Source: a virus
Taxonomy: Duplodnaviria > Caudoviricetes
Direction: 5' to 3' (one strand)
Length of the DNA stretch: 46,273 nucleotides
Virus record (IMG/VR): IMGVR_UViG_3300030037_000009
Span: 1-46,273 of that record
Shown piece after piece: positions 32,918 through 42,961 of the stretch. The notes under the pieces are model-generated. The model did not search any database and was not told the DNA's origin. It was given only the letters and a program-made list of their open reading frames with translations. The translations under genes were made by a program, and so were the position numbers. How positions within the stretch are numbered: the stretch's first letter is position 1; every line of letters begins with the position of its first letter.

Positions 32918-32926
32918 TTTCTCACC

Positions 32927-33529
32927 TTATGGATTCACTTGTACTGACGCATTCACGCCGGGGGGTATTGGCATTATAGCGTCTTGCTCGACAACGGTTA
33001 AAAACTCCGCTGATAGTGCAAAATCAAATACAAACACAATGGTCATATCTAAATTATCTTGTACGTACGCTGGCCCTAAATGCCCGAACAGATCCTTTAG
33101 AATGGCGTTTGTCTGCGTTATTGAACCGTCCATATGTAGACGATATAACCAAAGCCGCAAAGCAAGTCTTAATTGCTCGGTTGATAGCGCCTGATCTTCT
33201 GTGCTTGCCGTTGCTGACGGGTTGAAGTTTGCATTGTTAAAGTTTTTTCGGAAATTTCCAAAGCCCCAGTTGTTTGTAAACGTCGTAGCACCTGGGTTTA
33301 GGAATACCGGAAAATCAAGAATAATAGACCACACTGCAAGACCGAAATCATTAGCTGTACGAATGTCGAATATATCAGTTTCGAAGTTTTGCCAAAATTG
33401 AGTATGATTCTGGTCTAGCCATGCCTGTTTGTTTTGTAGTAATGCATGGATTTTTACCGCTGCATTCTCTTTCCACTGCAACGGGCGCAACACATCAATA
33501 GAATAATCAAACGTCCTGATACCTGTCAT
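32927..33529 (-). CDS. Baseplate wedge protein (DUF2612 type)
   Basis: FDIRTANDFGLAVWSIIL, YVQDNLDMT, PIPPGV. Confidence 0.88.
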   Translation of the reverse strand: MTGIRTFDYSIDVLRPLQWKENAAVKIHALLQNKQAWLDQNHTQFWQNFETDIFDIRTANDFGLAVWSIILDFPVFLNPGATTFTNNWGFGNFRKNFNNANFNPSATASTEDQALSTEQLRLALRLWLYRLHMDGSITQTNAILKDLFGHLGPAYVQDNLDMTIVFVFDFALSAEFLTVVEQDAIMPIPPGVNASVQVNP

Positions 33530-34719
33530 AGGAGGGTTACCGCTATATCTTCCGGTAGTACTGTTGCTTTAACATTTATGGCAACTGGGTAGACCGCATT
33601 AGAATAAGAGACTGTAGCCTTGTTTGATATTTCAACATTTTGAAGAGACACCAAAGGGCTTTGCATGTTTATTGCTGAGCCAATTTCAAAAGGTGCTACG
33701 TCCTGGCCAGTAATAAAACCGCCATTGTCGCCTATCAAGCCATTAGCATAATCAAGGACCGCTTGCCTAACTGTTGCTATAGGGTCGTTAACTGACGTTG
33801 GAACCTTTGCGGTAACACGTATTAAAACTTCATCCCCGGTGGTTCTATCAAAGTTTATAACGTAGGGCTGTGAGCCGCTGCTATTTGGGTCTGTGACCGT
33901 CACCGATTGAGAACCGTTAAAAGCCTGACCGCCAGATTTTGAAAGCAGTGCACGCCCAATATCCTCGGAAGTACCACCATCGACGCAAACGTAAATTGAA
34001 TTTCTAACCATTACTATTGTGTCAATTGTTTGCGTTGTAGGAAAAATGTTCTGTCGATACTGCAATGAAGCAACACCCGCATTACGAAGGGCTGCAACAA
34101 TAGCCTCACCACCTGTTCTGGCATTCAATCCAACTGTGTCACGTCGTCGCTGTCTTGCCGGTGCGCCTGATTCTCTGACTGTTCCCGGCGTTGCTGCGAC
34201 TGTGTTATTGATCGTCTCCCATCCAATTACAGAAGTAACTATGCTGGTCAATGTTCCAACCGGTGCGGTAATTTCCCCCGTTAATTCTGACTGAAAACCA
34301 ACCGATCCATTACCGGAAGCGTCAAGAGTTACCGCCGATATAGAAACAAATCTATTGTTGCCTGATTCTGCAATCGCCCCCGCTGGTATAATCGTTCCAG
34401 CAACACCCGTTAAAACTGGCGGAATAGTGAAGGTAGAGTTTGATTCAGGTATTCGTGCACCACCAAGGAAGCCCCATACAGCATCGAAAAACGTACCTTC
34501 TGATAAGTTAGGGTTTATCTGGTTGGCAACATTGGCATTGTTTTGTGCTACGCCTATTCGTGACTTGACCTCTGACGCTATGAATTTTCCCGCTGGCCCC
34601 GTTTCGGACACGTCAAGATTTGCCCCAAATACGTCTCTATATTCTTGCTGTACTTCGGCTAATACGGCGCTCTCATCTGGTACGATGGTGCCCGAATTGG
34701 TTAGGTAGTTATAGGCCAT
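33526..34719 (-). CDS. Baseplate J-like wedge protein
   Basis: GVAGTIIPAG, GWETINN..ATPG..ES...RQRR, VCVDGG. Confidence 0.9.
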   Translation of the reverse strand: MAYNYLTNSGTIVPDESAVLAEVQQEYRDVFGANLDVSETGPAGKFIASEVKSRIGVAQNNANVANQINPNLSEGTFFDAVWGFLGGARIPESNSTFTIPPVLTGVAGTIIPAGAIAESGNNRFVSISAVTLDASGNGSVGFQSELTGEITAPVGTLTSIVTSVIGWETINNTVAATPGTVRESGAPARQRRRDTVGLNARTGGEAIVAALRNAGVASLQYRQNIFPTTQTIDTIVMVRNSIYVCVDGGTSEDIGRALLSKSGGQAFNGSQSVTVTDPNSSGSQPYVINFDRTTGDEVLIRVTAKVPTSVNDPIATVRQAVLDYANGLIGDNGGFITGQDVAPFEIGSAINMQSPLVSLQNVEISNKATVSYSNAVYPVAINVKATVLPEDIAVTLL

Positions 34720-35062
34720 TAGTTATAGTTCCAGTGCCAAGAGTTGAATCAATTATAGCGCGATAGGTCAAAACGTCCCCTACTATTTCTATAGTAAAGG
34801 TTCCAATGTTTTCTACGGTTTCCACACTCAATAACTGGGCTCGTGCCTGACGTTCAAATTTTACTAAATCAGGATTACCCGCCCATGCTGTGTTTTCGTA
34901 ATCTATGCCCCTGGTTTGATCATAAATTAATTCGCCTAATACGGTTTCCATTAATTCTTCACACTGCTGGACAACAGCATCAAGGCCGGAAATCATTGAC
35001 AGGTTGCTATCGTTTCCAAGCATCAAATCATTGTTGCTATCTGTTTGAAATGTTAACGGCAT
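34709..35062 (-). CDS. Sheath initiator / gp25-like baseplate protein
   Basis: GELIYDQTRGIDY; position between spike and J. Confidence 0.75.
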   Translation of the reverse strand: MPLTFQTDSNNDLMLGNDSNLSMISGLDAVVQQCEELMETVLGELIYDQTRGIDYENTAWAGNPDLVKFERQARAQLLSVETVENIGTFTIEIVGDVLTYRAIIDSTLGTGTITNGL

Positions 35063-35071
35063 GTTCGTACC

Positions 35072-35893
35072 TTATGGCGTAGGTGGCTGGCTTGATTGTG
35101 GGTTAACAGGGTTGCCCGTATCAGTGTATAGATGTTGGTGCGTTACCAGTGATATAGCTGTTGGCCCCGCTGTAACGTCTATTGTTCCGTATATTGTCCC
35201 GGTTACGATCGCGTTACCTGTTTGCACAAAATTACCCGTCATCGTCGTGTTACCTGTATGCGTAACGTCTCCAATGTCAGTTATTAAACCTTCTGTTCTA
35301 ACGTCGCCCACTTGATCTGTATCGCCCGTTCTGAATGTGTCACCTGTGTGCGTGAAGTCTCCGATTAGCTCGAAGTCGCCCCGCATTTTAAACCCTGTTT
35401 CCAGTATCGACAATTTTATAGAACCATCTGACGTTTGGAAAACTGCAAGCGCTTCGTCGTCTTTGTCTTCTTGTGACGCGGCAAATGTTCGCATTGAATC
35501 AGGGAATAGTACGGCGTCCTCGAATTGGTGCTTGCGTAATGTGTTCGGTGCTGACTCTTTCAGCGTTTGCAAAAATAAAGATATGTCCCTGTCATTGGCC
35601 TTGATCCAACCTAAATCGTTAGGCTTTAATCTAAACCGCATTAACGCACCACCACCCCCAAAGGTGAAAACGGGAACGGTGAACTGTCCGCGACTTGTTA
35701 AGTTGCCGCCAGTATCCAAAATTTGAATCAATGGCTTAACACGCGCTACGTTCTTGTCTTCGTCAAACGATATGACCATAACCGGCATCATGTCATCAAC
35801 AGACTGAGCAAGGAATTTTTGCATTATCTGACGTAGTGCGCCTGCAAAATCTTCGCTGTCTGCCGGGTCTATACTGGGTGCTACGTTAGCCAA
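35072..35893 (-). CDS. Central spike (Gp138-like)
   Basis: OB-fold N-domain, six-residue G-x-x-x-x-T beta-helix repeats, terminal HQH metal motif. Confidence 0.9.
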   Translation of the reverse strand: MANVAPSIDPADSEDFAGALRQIMQKFLAQSVDDMMPVMVISFDEDKNVARVKPLIQILDTGGNLTSRGQFTVPVFTFGGGGALMRFRLKPNDLGWIKANDRDISLFLQTLKESAPNTLRKHQFEDAVLFPDSMRTFAASQEDKDDEALAVFQTSDGSIKLSILETGFKMRGDFELIGDFTHTGDTFRTGDTDQVGDVRTEGLITDIGDVTHTGNTTMTGNFVQTGNAIVTGTIYGTIDVTAGPTAISLVTHQHLYTDTGNPVNPQSSQPPTP

Positions 35894-36713
35894 TTCTTCG
35901 CGCCTCTGCTAATAGGTAAAAGGGAACGTCTCTGTTCGCCAGATCGAATCCTAGTCTATATATGGTATACGTTCCGTTGGCCGCTGGGTATATTTCGCTC
36001 TCAATCTGCAATCTGGATCCAAGGCCGGTAAAGCCATCGAATAGAAATAGCACCTTGATACCAAATTCTGTAAATACAGGGATCCCAATCAATCCGGTAT
36101 TGAGGTTTAAAACTCTTGTCGTTCCCGGTCGTGGCACGTTCTTATCTTTAACTACAAGCGTATCGTCATCGACAAATACATCAAGCCCGCCAAAGTCGTT
36201 TATCTTGCTAAGCTGTCCGGCTGCTGATCCATCATAACGATAGTTTGAAATGTTCTTATCTGTTGCCAAAAAATCAAGGTTTACGCCTAACGAGGTAGCC
36301 GCCTGTGCTGCTATCTGCTTAATGCTGGCAACTGTTGGAACTGACGCGTTCACAATGTCGCCTTTGCTGTGCTGTGACGTTAGGGCGTTAATTGTTATGG
36401 TTATGTCTGGTGGTTGTGACGGTGTGGTGGTTGTTATGTCGCCTTCGAACACGCGCACGTATCCGTATGATTCTCGACCGGCCTCAACGAATATTTTAAT
36501 GCGCCTACGATTAGTTAACCGTCTGAATGGTGTCCCTTCTGTTAGCAGATAATCGCGTACTTCTTTGTTTAAATTGGCTATTGTTATAACCGTTTCATTC
36601 TGCGTTATGCTGGCAAATTTCGAGCCCACGCAAGTAATGGCCAAACCTTCATAGATATTGACCCTCCCGTCTATCTCAATGCCAACACGTAATAAACGAT
36701 CATCAAACGCCAC
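35886..36713 (-). CDS. Baseplate hub protein
   Basis: ITIANL, VEAGRE..VFEGDI, TGLIGIP; GTG start at 36713. Confidence 0.82.
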   Translation of the reverse strand: MAFDDRLLRVGIEIDGRVNIYEGLAITCVGSKFASITQNETVITIANLNKEVRDYLLTEGTPFRRLTNRRRIKIFVEAGRESYGYVRVFEGDITTTTPSQPPDITITINALTSQHSKGDIVNASVPTVASIKQIAAQAATSLGVNLDFLATDKNISNYRYDGSAAGQLSKINDFGGLDVFVDDDTLVVKDKNVPRPGTTRVLNLNTGLIGIPVFTEFGIKVLFLFDGFTGLGSRLQIESEIYPAANGTYTIYRLGFDLANRDVPFYLLAEARRIG

Positions 36714-37017
36714 GGGCTGCCACCAATTCAGCATCACTGAAATAGATTAAATTTTGGGTTAGTCCGAATTGGTTATAATCTGGCAATTCATCGTTAGGAA
36801 TAATCAGCATAAAATTACCTGATTCTAAATGCTGGTACGGTATCAATGGTGTACCTGGAACGATACGAAAGCCGGATAGCATTAGCACTTCATCGCGTAT
36901 CATATCGAACGCCATTCCCCCGGGTACGCTATATACTCGAAAGTCGTACAAGCTGGCACCTAATCGAATAGATACCTGCTGGCTTTTAATCCGTCTTAAT
37001 TCAAGAATTTCTGACAC
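36703..37017 (-). CDS. Small baseplate (plug-like) protein
   Basis: Position; PDYNQFG..QNLIY. Confidence 0.7.
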   Translation of the reverse strand: MSEILELRRIKSQQVSIRLGASLYDFRVYSVPGGMAFDMIRDEVLMLSGFRIVPGTPLIPYQHLESGNFMLIIPNDELPDYNQFGLTQNLIYFSDAELVAARGV

Positions 37018-37019
37018 GT

Positions 37020-37547
37020 CTAGCCTCCAAACAATTGAAATAAAACCGAGCCCTGGCTGCCCTGGTCTGTGCTGGGCGTTTGCGGTTGTACCTGGCCTCT
37101 ATTGGTCGTAGAGAATGCCTCGTTATTGGCAACCGTTAACGTCGTAGCTATCTGTGTTTCTTCTAATGAAATATCGACCACAATGGCGTCAAACAATTGC
37201 GGATCTTCACTGTGAGGCATTGCTTTTACAATCATTCGCCCAAATGACCGGGCCTTTGTTTGTACAATTAATTCCTCACTGCTTAGGAAATATCGGTTAA
37301 TTTCTGAGTACGTGGCCTCATAATCACCAGCCTGTAAAACAACACTGTACGTTATTAGAACAGGCAATATTATTTTGCCGTCTGCTCTTGACGTATTGTC
37401 CTCTAATGGGTGCGTAAACTTTAGAGAGTCTCGTATAACATTGACACCCGTTGGCCTTGCATCGGCTAATACTTGATTGCCTTGCTGGTCAAAAATCCCT
37501 ATTACGTCACTAGCTGCCGTTGGGATTAGTGTACTTAATGTCGTCAT
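37020..37547 (-). CDS. Tail tube initiator / Dit-like baseplate protein
   Basis: HPLEDN...DGKIILP; follows tape measure. Confidence 0.7.
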   Translation of the reverse strand: MTTLSTLIPTAASDVIGIFDQQGNQVLADARPTGVNVIRDSLKFTHPLEDNTSRADGKIILPVLITYSVVLQAGDYEATYSEINRYFLSSEELIVQTKARSFGRMIVKAMPHSEDPQLFDAIVVDISLEETQIATTLTVANNEAFSTTNRGQVQPQTPSTDQGSQGSVLFQLFGG

Positions 37548-38983
37548 GCTTGGACCCCATCGTCAAATTTATCGACTGCACGCCTTAATTCTCTTTGCAT
37601 TGCACGCCCCATTACGCGCCCAGACGTTTCGCTACCGCCTCCCCTCGCATCAACCTTCACATCACCAAACTTTATATTACGGTCGCCTCCACGGGTTGCG
37701 CTGTTGGATATAGTGTTTTGTGTCTGCGTATTAATAGGGGATGTTGAGCTAATGCCTATAAGCGCCTTTCCTGCTAATACGGCATCATCAAAAACCTTTT
37801 CTATGCCTTGGCTGCTTATGCTGTCCTTAAGGTCTTTCCATGCAGTTCTAATGCCTTCTACTATCTCCTTCATTGTTTTAAGTTTTTCAATGGGAGAAGA
37901 GAAAGCGAACGCCATAGCATCAGTGACCGCTTTTATTATCTTGCCAACAATAGGCCAACTTTTAGAAAGCTCCCCTATTACTGACTTGTTACCCTGTAGG
38001 AAGTTATAAACGTCATCAGCCGCAAGAGCGAAAGCCCCCGCTACAGCTATAGCCGCCGCCGCAATGCCTAGGAATGGAGCAATCAAGGCTATGGCCGCAA
38101 CTAATTTAGGTATTAATAAAACGCCTATAGCCGTACCGATTGCGCCAAAAAATGACACCGCGAAAGCTTCGTTTTGTTTTAAAAATAATATCGTTCCCGT
38201 TATCGCATCGAGAAACATATTGATAAACGGTATGGCATCAATAACAAGAATTCGCCCTAATGCGTTCAATGATCTAGTCATATCACTAAGGCTATCATTG
38301 AATTGTGCCGCTATTTCTGCGTCTTCCTTGGTTATAACTCCTAGCTCTTTTTGCCTAGCTAAAAGCTTATCTAATTCTTTGTTTCCGTTTTGCAATAATA
38401 ATATAGTTGCATTATCAAGACCGAGCTTCTTACCAATAGCGGCGGATTCTTGACGGTTTAGGCTTTGAAATGCGTTTGATAATTCGGGCAATATCTGAAG
38501 AGTTGAGCGCGCCCTACCATTTGCATCTGCAATAGATATGCCCATTTGAGCAAAGAACGGTATTATCTCACCCGTGCCCTTTATGGCAGTTTCAACAAGC
38601 TTTTCATTGAGCGACTCTAAAGAAGCTCTGAAGCTTGAGGCGTTGCCCCCCGATCTTTCGACCGCACCGCCCCACGCGTCAACCTCCCCAATGTTAACAT
38701 TGAGTCTATCAGAGAATTTACCTAACTCGTCCGCCTCTGCTGCAAGTGATAAAATTCGACCCTGTGCCGCCCTAACAGCATACAAAGCAAAGAAAGCTTT
38801 TGCCGCCTTCTTCGCCTCGCCTGCCATTTCAGAGAGCGTATCTGCTAGGTCTTCGGTTCCTTTGTCGGCACCCTCGATACTGTCTTCCAGATCGTCAACG
38901 GCCTTTTCTGCCTCCCCTGCCGCCCGTCTAACTTCGTCGGCATTTGATTCGAAAAGTATTATAAACGTATCTAAAAGACTCAC
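37544..38983 (-). CDS. Tape measure protein (479 aa)
   Basis: Ala-rich helical, central hydrophobic segments, follows chaperones. Confidence 0.88.
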   Translation of the reverse strand: MSLLDTFIILFESNADEVRRAAGEAEKAVDDLEDSIEGADKGTEDLADTLSEMAGEAKKAAKAFFALYAVRAAQGRILSLAAEADELGKFSDRLNVNIGEVDAWGGAVERSGGNASSFRASLESLNEKLVETAIKGTGEIIPFFAQMGISIADANGRARSTLQILPELSNAFQSLNRQESAAIGKKLGLDNATILLLQNGNKELDKLLARQKELGVITKEDAEIAAQFNDSLSDMTRSLNALGRILVIDAIPFINMFLDAITGTILFLKQNEAFAVSFFGAIGTAIGVLLIPKLVAAIALIAPFLGIAAAAIAVAGAFALAADDVYNFLQGNKSVIGELSKSWPIVGKIIKAVTDAMAFAFSSPIEKLKTMKEIVEGIRTAWKDLKDSISSQGIEKVFDDAVLAGKALIGISSTSPINTQTQNTISNSATRGGDRNIKFGDVKVDARGGGSETSGRVMGRAMQRELRRAVDKFDDGVQA

Positions 38984-38987
38984 TAGG

Positions 38988-39224
38988 CTACCTCTGGTTT
39001 TTGCTGTGTTCTATGGCAAGGTGTTCGTTATATCGGGAAACCGCTATGATTTCCCATATATTGAACGCATCCTCTAAGCTGATTTTTTGCTTGAGGTCTT
39101 GGTAACTGGCTTGCCCGCTTGCAACGATTGCTGCAATGAATCCGTCAACGTTTTTATGATCGACGGTAGGGCTTGAGCTGCTAAACCCTCCAAGAAAACC
39201 AAGAGCTTGCCTTGTGCGAAAAAA
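38988..39224 (-). CDS. -1 frameshift extension of tail assembly chaperone (gpGT-like)
   Basis: Open -1 frame without its own RBS/ATG, entered at T TTT TTC; SLEDAFNIWE..YNE. Confidence 0.75.
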   Translation of the reverse strand, partial: FFRTRQALGFLGGFSSSSPTVDHKNVDGFIAAIVASGQASYQDLKQKISLEDAFNIWEIIAVSRYNEHLAIEHSKNQR

Positions 39225-39526
39225 GAGCAATTATATTCTAACACCTCCTTTTCTAGCTTCATCAATGTCTGCCAGTCAGGTACGTGGTTATCAATTGCAG
39301 CCTGACTACCCAAAGCCATGGGAACGTCACCAGCTTCAACGGTCACATAAGCCATCAATTTCAACATCATTTCTTGATTGGCTTTATAGTCACCAATTTT
39401 CGGCGCTGCTGTCACTGGGTATTGAGTGATAATTTCTCGCCCTGCCATTGCAGGAAACTTGCCGATTGTATAAACCCGCTCGTCTCCTGCCTGCGTAGTG
39501 ATAGTTACCTTCTTAGGCTCAATCAT
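39074..39526 (-). CDS. Tail assembly chaperone
   Basis: Between tube and tape measure; KFPAMAGREI. Confidence 0.8.
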   Translation of the reverse strand: MIEPKKVTITTQAGDERVYTIGKFPAMAGREIITQYPVTAAPKIGDYKANQEMMLKLMAYVTVEAGDVPMALGSQAAIDNHVPDWQTLMKLEKEVLEYNCSFFAQGKLLVFLEGLAAQALPSIIKTLTDSLQQSLQAGKPVTKTSSKKSA

Positions 39527-39972
39527 TAAACACCGGCCTTATTTTCAAACATGAATACGTATGCTTTAGACTTGTAACGGCCTGCACTGGCAACGCTGTT
39601 TGCTGGTGGTGCGTTGGTGATAACGCCCTGCGTGAATGTCACAATGCGGCTATCTGGATAAACAGCCACAAGCGTAATAACATCACGCGCCGAAGTCTTA
39701 CCACGTCCGACCCGGTTACGCTCTGCAAGAACAGAAAGCCCTAAATCTTCAATGCCGTTCGGTATCATGTTCAACGTAACGCTTATGGGATTAGCAGACG
39801 ACCACGTAATAAGATCGCCATTTAAACCCATTGCCACCTGTGTCAATTCTATGCCTGGAATGTCCATAGGGTCTGCGTCGTCTGCAAATGCTGACAACGG
39901 TATCCCAACCGGGTATGTATTGCTTGCTACCAAATGGACACCAAGCCCAAAGCCTGAAACATCAATAGTCAT
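39526..39972 (-). CDS. Tail tube protein (DUF3277 type)
   Basis: FADDADP..MGLNGDL; follows sheath. Confidence 0.88.
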   Translation of the reverse strand: MTIDVSGFGLGVHLVASNTYPVGIPLSAFADDADPMDIPGIELTQVAMGLNGDLITWSSANPISVTLNMIPNGIEDLGLSVLAERNRVGRGKTSARDVITLVAVYPDSRIVTFTQGVITNAPPANSVASAGRYKSKAYVFMFENKAGV

Positions 39973-39983
39973 TTTTTAACCCC

Positions 39984-41486
39984 TTAAATAAGAATGTCAG
40001 AACCTTCGACTTTGCGAATGGTGTTATTACGTGCGTAGATCAATGTGTACTGAGCAATAAACTCTTGTACGTTATTAACCGTACGAGAAATTATATTGGC
40101 ATCAAGCCAATAACCAAGCGTTTCGATCTGCTGAAATGCAAGCTCTTCGCCAGTAACAGACGTTACAAATTGACGCTCTTCTTGTGTCAGCGTTCTGCCT
40201 ACACTGATAGCACCGTTTAATGACGCCGTTGGAATGGTGCCGTTCTGAATGGAGCCAACAACCTGACCACGACCAACATCACTCGCGGGTACGCCTGGGC
40301 TATTCTGAAGCAAGGTTGCAAGACCTGCCGCAATGCTATCCTTTAACCACTGCTCATTTGCAAATACGCCCATGTCAACGGGGGCCGTTGCTCCACCCAT
40401 CAAATATCCGCGCTGATAGAAAGCTCGTGTCTGTCCGGCTGTTTGCGTTAAGCCGTAATAGTTGAGACGTAGGTTATCAAGGGTATTTGCTTCTGTGCCG
40501 GTCGATACTGTGGCCGTTAATGCTCCGCTTTGGTACATGTAATTTTGCGCTGCATTACGACGGGTAAAGTCTGTGGCCGCAAGTATGGCCATTGGGAATT
40601 GTTCGTGAAATTCGCCCGCCGGTCCTTGTGCTGTCAATCCAACACCAGAAAGGCCGTTAACAGCCGCACTAATGGCGCTGTAATCTGCCTCTAATACTGG
40701 AACATGATACTGATAAACGACGTTTTGGGCGTGCGTCCATTGTGCCACCGCAACAATTTGTGCCTGTGTCAACGCATCAAGATAAGCGAATGAACCAAAG
40801 TTGTTGCTATACACTGCGCTATTGCTAACGGCGTCCACTGGCTGCTCTGCAAGAAGTCCGGCAGAAAGTAAGGCTGTAGCATTACGCCAGCCAATCAAGC
40901 CGCTAACGTCGGTTCCTGCTGACCCTGCCGCAATGGATATAGCCGCAACTGCAACCGCACCACCGACAAGATTAAACGAAGCCCGTACAGCGTCATAAAC
41001 AACGGTTGCCGCTGAGAACTGCGCGCCTGTGCCTGTTTGTATGCCTGTTTGAAGAACTGTTGCCACGCCTGCAATATCGGTTACGGCACTGAAATCTAAC
41101 CCTGTTAAATCGAGAGTCTCTGCGCCAATGGTAAGCGTCAATGATCCGTCAGTGATAGGGGTATAGGTAGAGAATGATTGCCCACCTGTTGCACCATAAA
41201 TACGAGGCACTGAATCCGCATTAGTCCAGCGAGAGAACTGTATAGTTCTAGGGCTAGAAATCTGCTTGCCAATAAAGCCAAAGTGAAAAGCCGCACGCAT
41301 CCATTCAACAGATGTTGTGCCAAACATATCACCAACTGATTCGAGCGTTGAAAATGATAAGGTTGACGAGGTTGGTACCAGCAAATTAGTGGTAAATAAT
41401 CTGGCTGTTAATTCGCGCAACGGTACGGGTGTGCCTCCCCCCTTTGCCGAAGTTATTTCAATATATCTACTTTGAGGGATAGGCAT
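39984..41486 (-). CDS. Tail sheath protein (DUF3383 type)
   Basis: MPIPQSRYIEITS, NYYGLTQTAG, NEQWLK, IRKVEGSDILI. Confidence 0.92.
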   Translation of the reverse strand: MPIPQSRYIEITSAKGGGTPVPLRELTARLFTTNLLVPTSSTLSFSTLESVGDMFGTTSVEWMRAAFHFGFIGKQISSPRTIQFSRWTNADSVPRIYGATGGQSFSTYTPITDGSLTLTIGAETLDLTGLDFSAVTDIAGVATVLQTGIQTGTGAQFSAATVVYDAVRASFNLVGGAVAVAAISIAAGSAGTDVSGLIGWRNATALLSAGLLAEQPVDAVSNSAVYSNNFGSFAYLDALTQAQIVAVAQWTHAQNVVYQYHVPVLEADYSAISAAVNGLSGVGLTAQGPAGEFHEQFPMAILAATDFTRRNAAQNYMYQSGALTATVSTGTEANTLDNLRLNYYGLTQTAGQTRAFYQRGYLMGGATAPVDMGVFANEQWLKDSIAAGLATLLQNSPGVPASDVGRGQVVGSIQNGTIPTASLNGAISVGRTLTQEERQFVTSVTGEELAFQQIETLGYWLDANIISRTVNNVQEFIAQYTLIYARNNTIRKVEGSDILI

Positions 41487-41499
41487 TGTTTATGCTCCG

Positions 41500-42048
41500 T
41501 TACACTCGGTTAATTTGTACAGTGTAGTCAACAACTGGTTGAACGATTGAGGCTAACTGCTTGCTATATGTTACCGTAAAATCAAAATTTGGCGAAATAT
41601 CATTTTGGTCATGCTGATCAGTGAAGTATGGCGTTCTAATGTCGGTAATTCGCATCATTCGCAGACCCTCTAATCTTAGCGCATTAACAAATACTTGCCC
41701 CTGCATTATGGCTGCCGCTTCCTCTGCCATGTCATCAGCCGTTTTAACTGTTTGCGTTAACTCTTCGGGGGTCTGCTTTTTAAATGCTGTTATTTGGTAT
41801 TTTCTTTCTAGTACGCGAGCCTCCACCAAATCAATAACGCCGGTTGTCTGATTGAGCTTGTTTGTTTTTTGAGTGTGGCCGTATTTGTGTATTGGGCCTA
41901 TCTTGTGGATGTACCAAACTTCGCCCGACGATGAGCCCTGTTGCTCTGGTTGGTACGATTGTAAAACGTCTGGGTCAACGTAGCCCTGTGATACTAAACC
42001 AGCCTCTAAAGCTGTACATATTATGTCAATCAGTTTCGTATCATTCAT
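41500..42048 (-). CDS. Neck / tail terminator protein
   Basis: ATGA-coupled start MNDTK; RITDIRTPYF..PNFDF; precedes sheath. Confidence 0.75.
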   Translation of the reverse strand: MNDTKLIDIICTALEAGLVSQGYVDPDVLQSYQPEQQGSSSGEVWYIHKIGPIHKYGHTQKTNKLNQTTGVIDLVEARVLERKYQITAFKKQTPEELTQTVKTADDMAEEAAAIMQGQVFVNALRLEGLRMMRITDIRTPYFTDQHDQNDISPNFDFTVTYSKQLASIVQPVVDYTVQINRV

Positions 42049-42413
42049 GATTTGACCTCGACAAACATTAGACCCATCCAGCCGTCTTGTGGTTTCCAAT
42101 CGGTATCGTCAACCGCTTTATATATCTTGTTGTTATATCGTATACGGTCGCTAGATGTATCAAGGCCGACGCCTGCAATGCTTGCCGAAGTCCATACCAT
42201 TAGATAAACCTTTTTACGCTCCAGTCCTAAAGCAGAATACGCCGCTGCTGAAACTGGCTGAGCTGATCCTTTTATAGGTACTGGCGTTCCATATGAGTTT
42301 ACGTATACCCGCGCTTCATTCTTGACCCTGCTAACAAATGGCAATAGCTCTATTTTTTGAAACTGTATAACTCTGCCCGCAAGGTTTAACAGATTACTTC
42401 CTGGTGTGCTCAT
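42045..42413 (-). CDS. Head closure / collar protein
   Basis: PGSNLLNLA..GSAQPV..DGW. Confidence 0.75.
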   Translation of the reverse strand: MSTPGSNLLNLAGRVIQFQKIELLPFVSRVKNEARVYVNSYGTPVPIKGSAQPVSAAAYSALGLERKKVYLMVWTSASIAGVGLDTSSDRIRYNNKIYKAVDDTDWKPQDGWMGLMFVEVKS

Positions 42414-42961
42414 GTTTCCTCTACCGCGTGAGTTATTGAATTTAATAGAATGGCGTCATCAACGAGGGGCTTTGTGGATACGCCAGAAGTGTCTAATTCT
42501 TCGCCTCGTGCTGCCTTTTGCTTGACCCCTGCAACGACGCCACCCGTGATAGTTTCGCCTTGCTGCTTGAGTTTTCGAAGGTGTAACGTGACTGGGCTTA
42601 ATGGTGGGGCTTGAATATTGGTTATGGTTGTTTTGATTTGACCGGCAACTTGTAAACCTATTCTATCCATTGCGTCATAAGGGGAGATTTTACCCTCAAT
42701 GATTGCCTTTGATGCGCGCTCAAATAGGCTGCCCCATTCGCCCTTTTTCTCTTCGGCTGTTGTTCTAAAAAACGGTCTAGGTGGAATGCCCATTTTAGGA
42801 GAACCCAATTCCTGAACCGCTGCTACCCCTGCAACTGGGGTGCCGTCTGGATACTTGGCAGATTCAAAAACGCCTATCTTGAGCTTTGTTTTTTCAAGCT
42901 CTTCAAGGCGAATTAATAGACCTTCCATGGCCCCACCTTTAACTCTAATGACTCTAGCCAT
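42410..42961 (-). CDS. Neck/tail completion protein (HK97 gp10-like)
   Basis: YPDGTPVA..ELG..IPPRPFFR..KPLVD. Confidence 0.8.
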   Translation of the reverse strand: MARVIRVKGGAMEGLLIRLEELEKTKLKIGVFESAKYPDGTPVAGVAAVQELGSPKMGIPPRPFFRTTAEEKKGEWGSLFERASKAIIEGKISPYDAMDRIGLQVAGQIKTTITNIQAPPLSPVTLHLRKLKQQGETITGGVVAGVKQKAARGEELDTSGVSTKPLVDDAILLNSITHAVEET

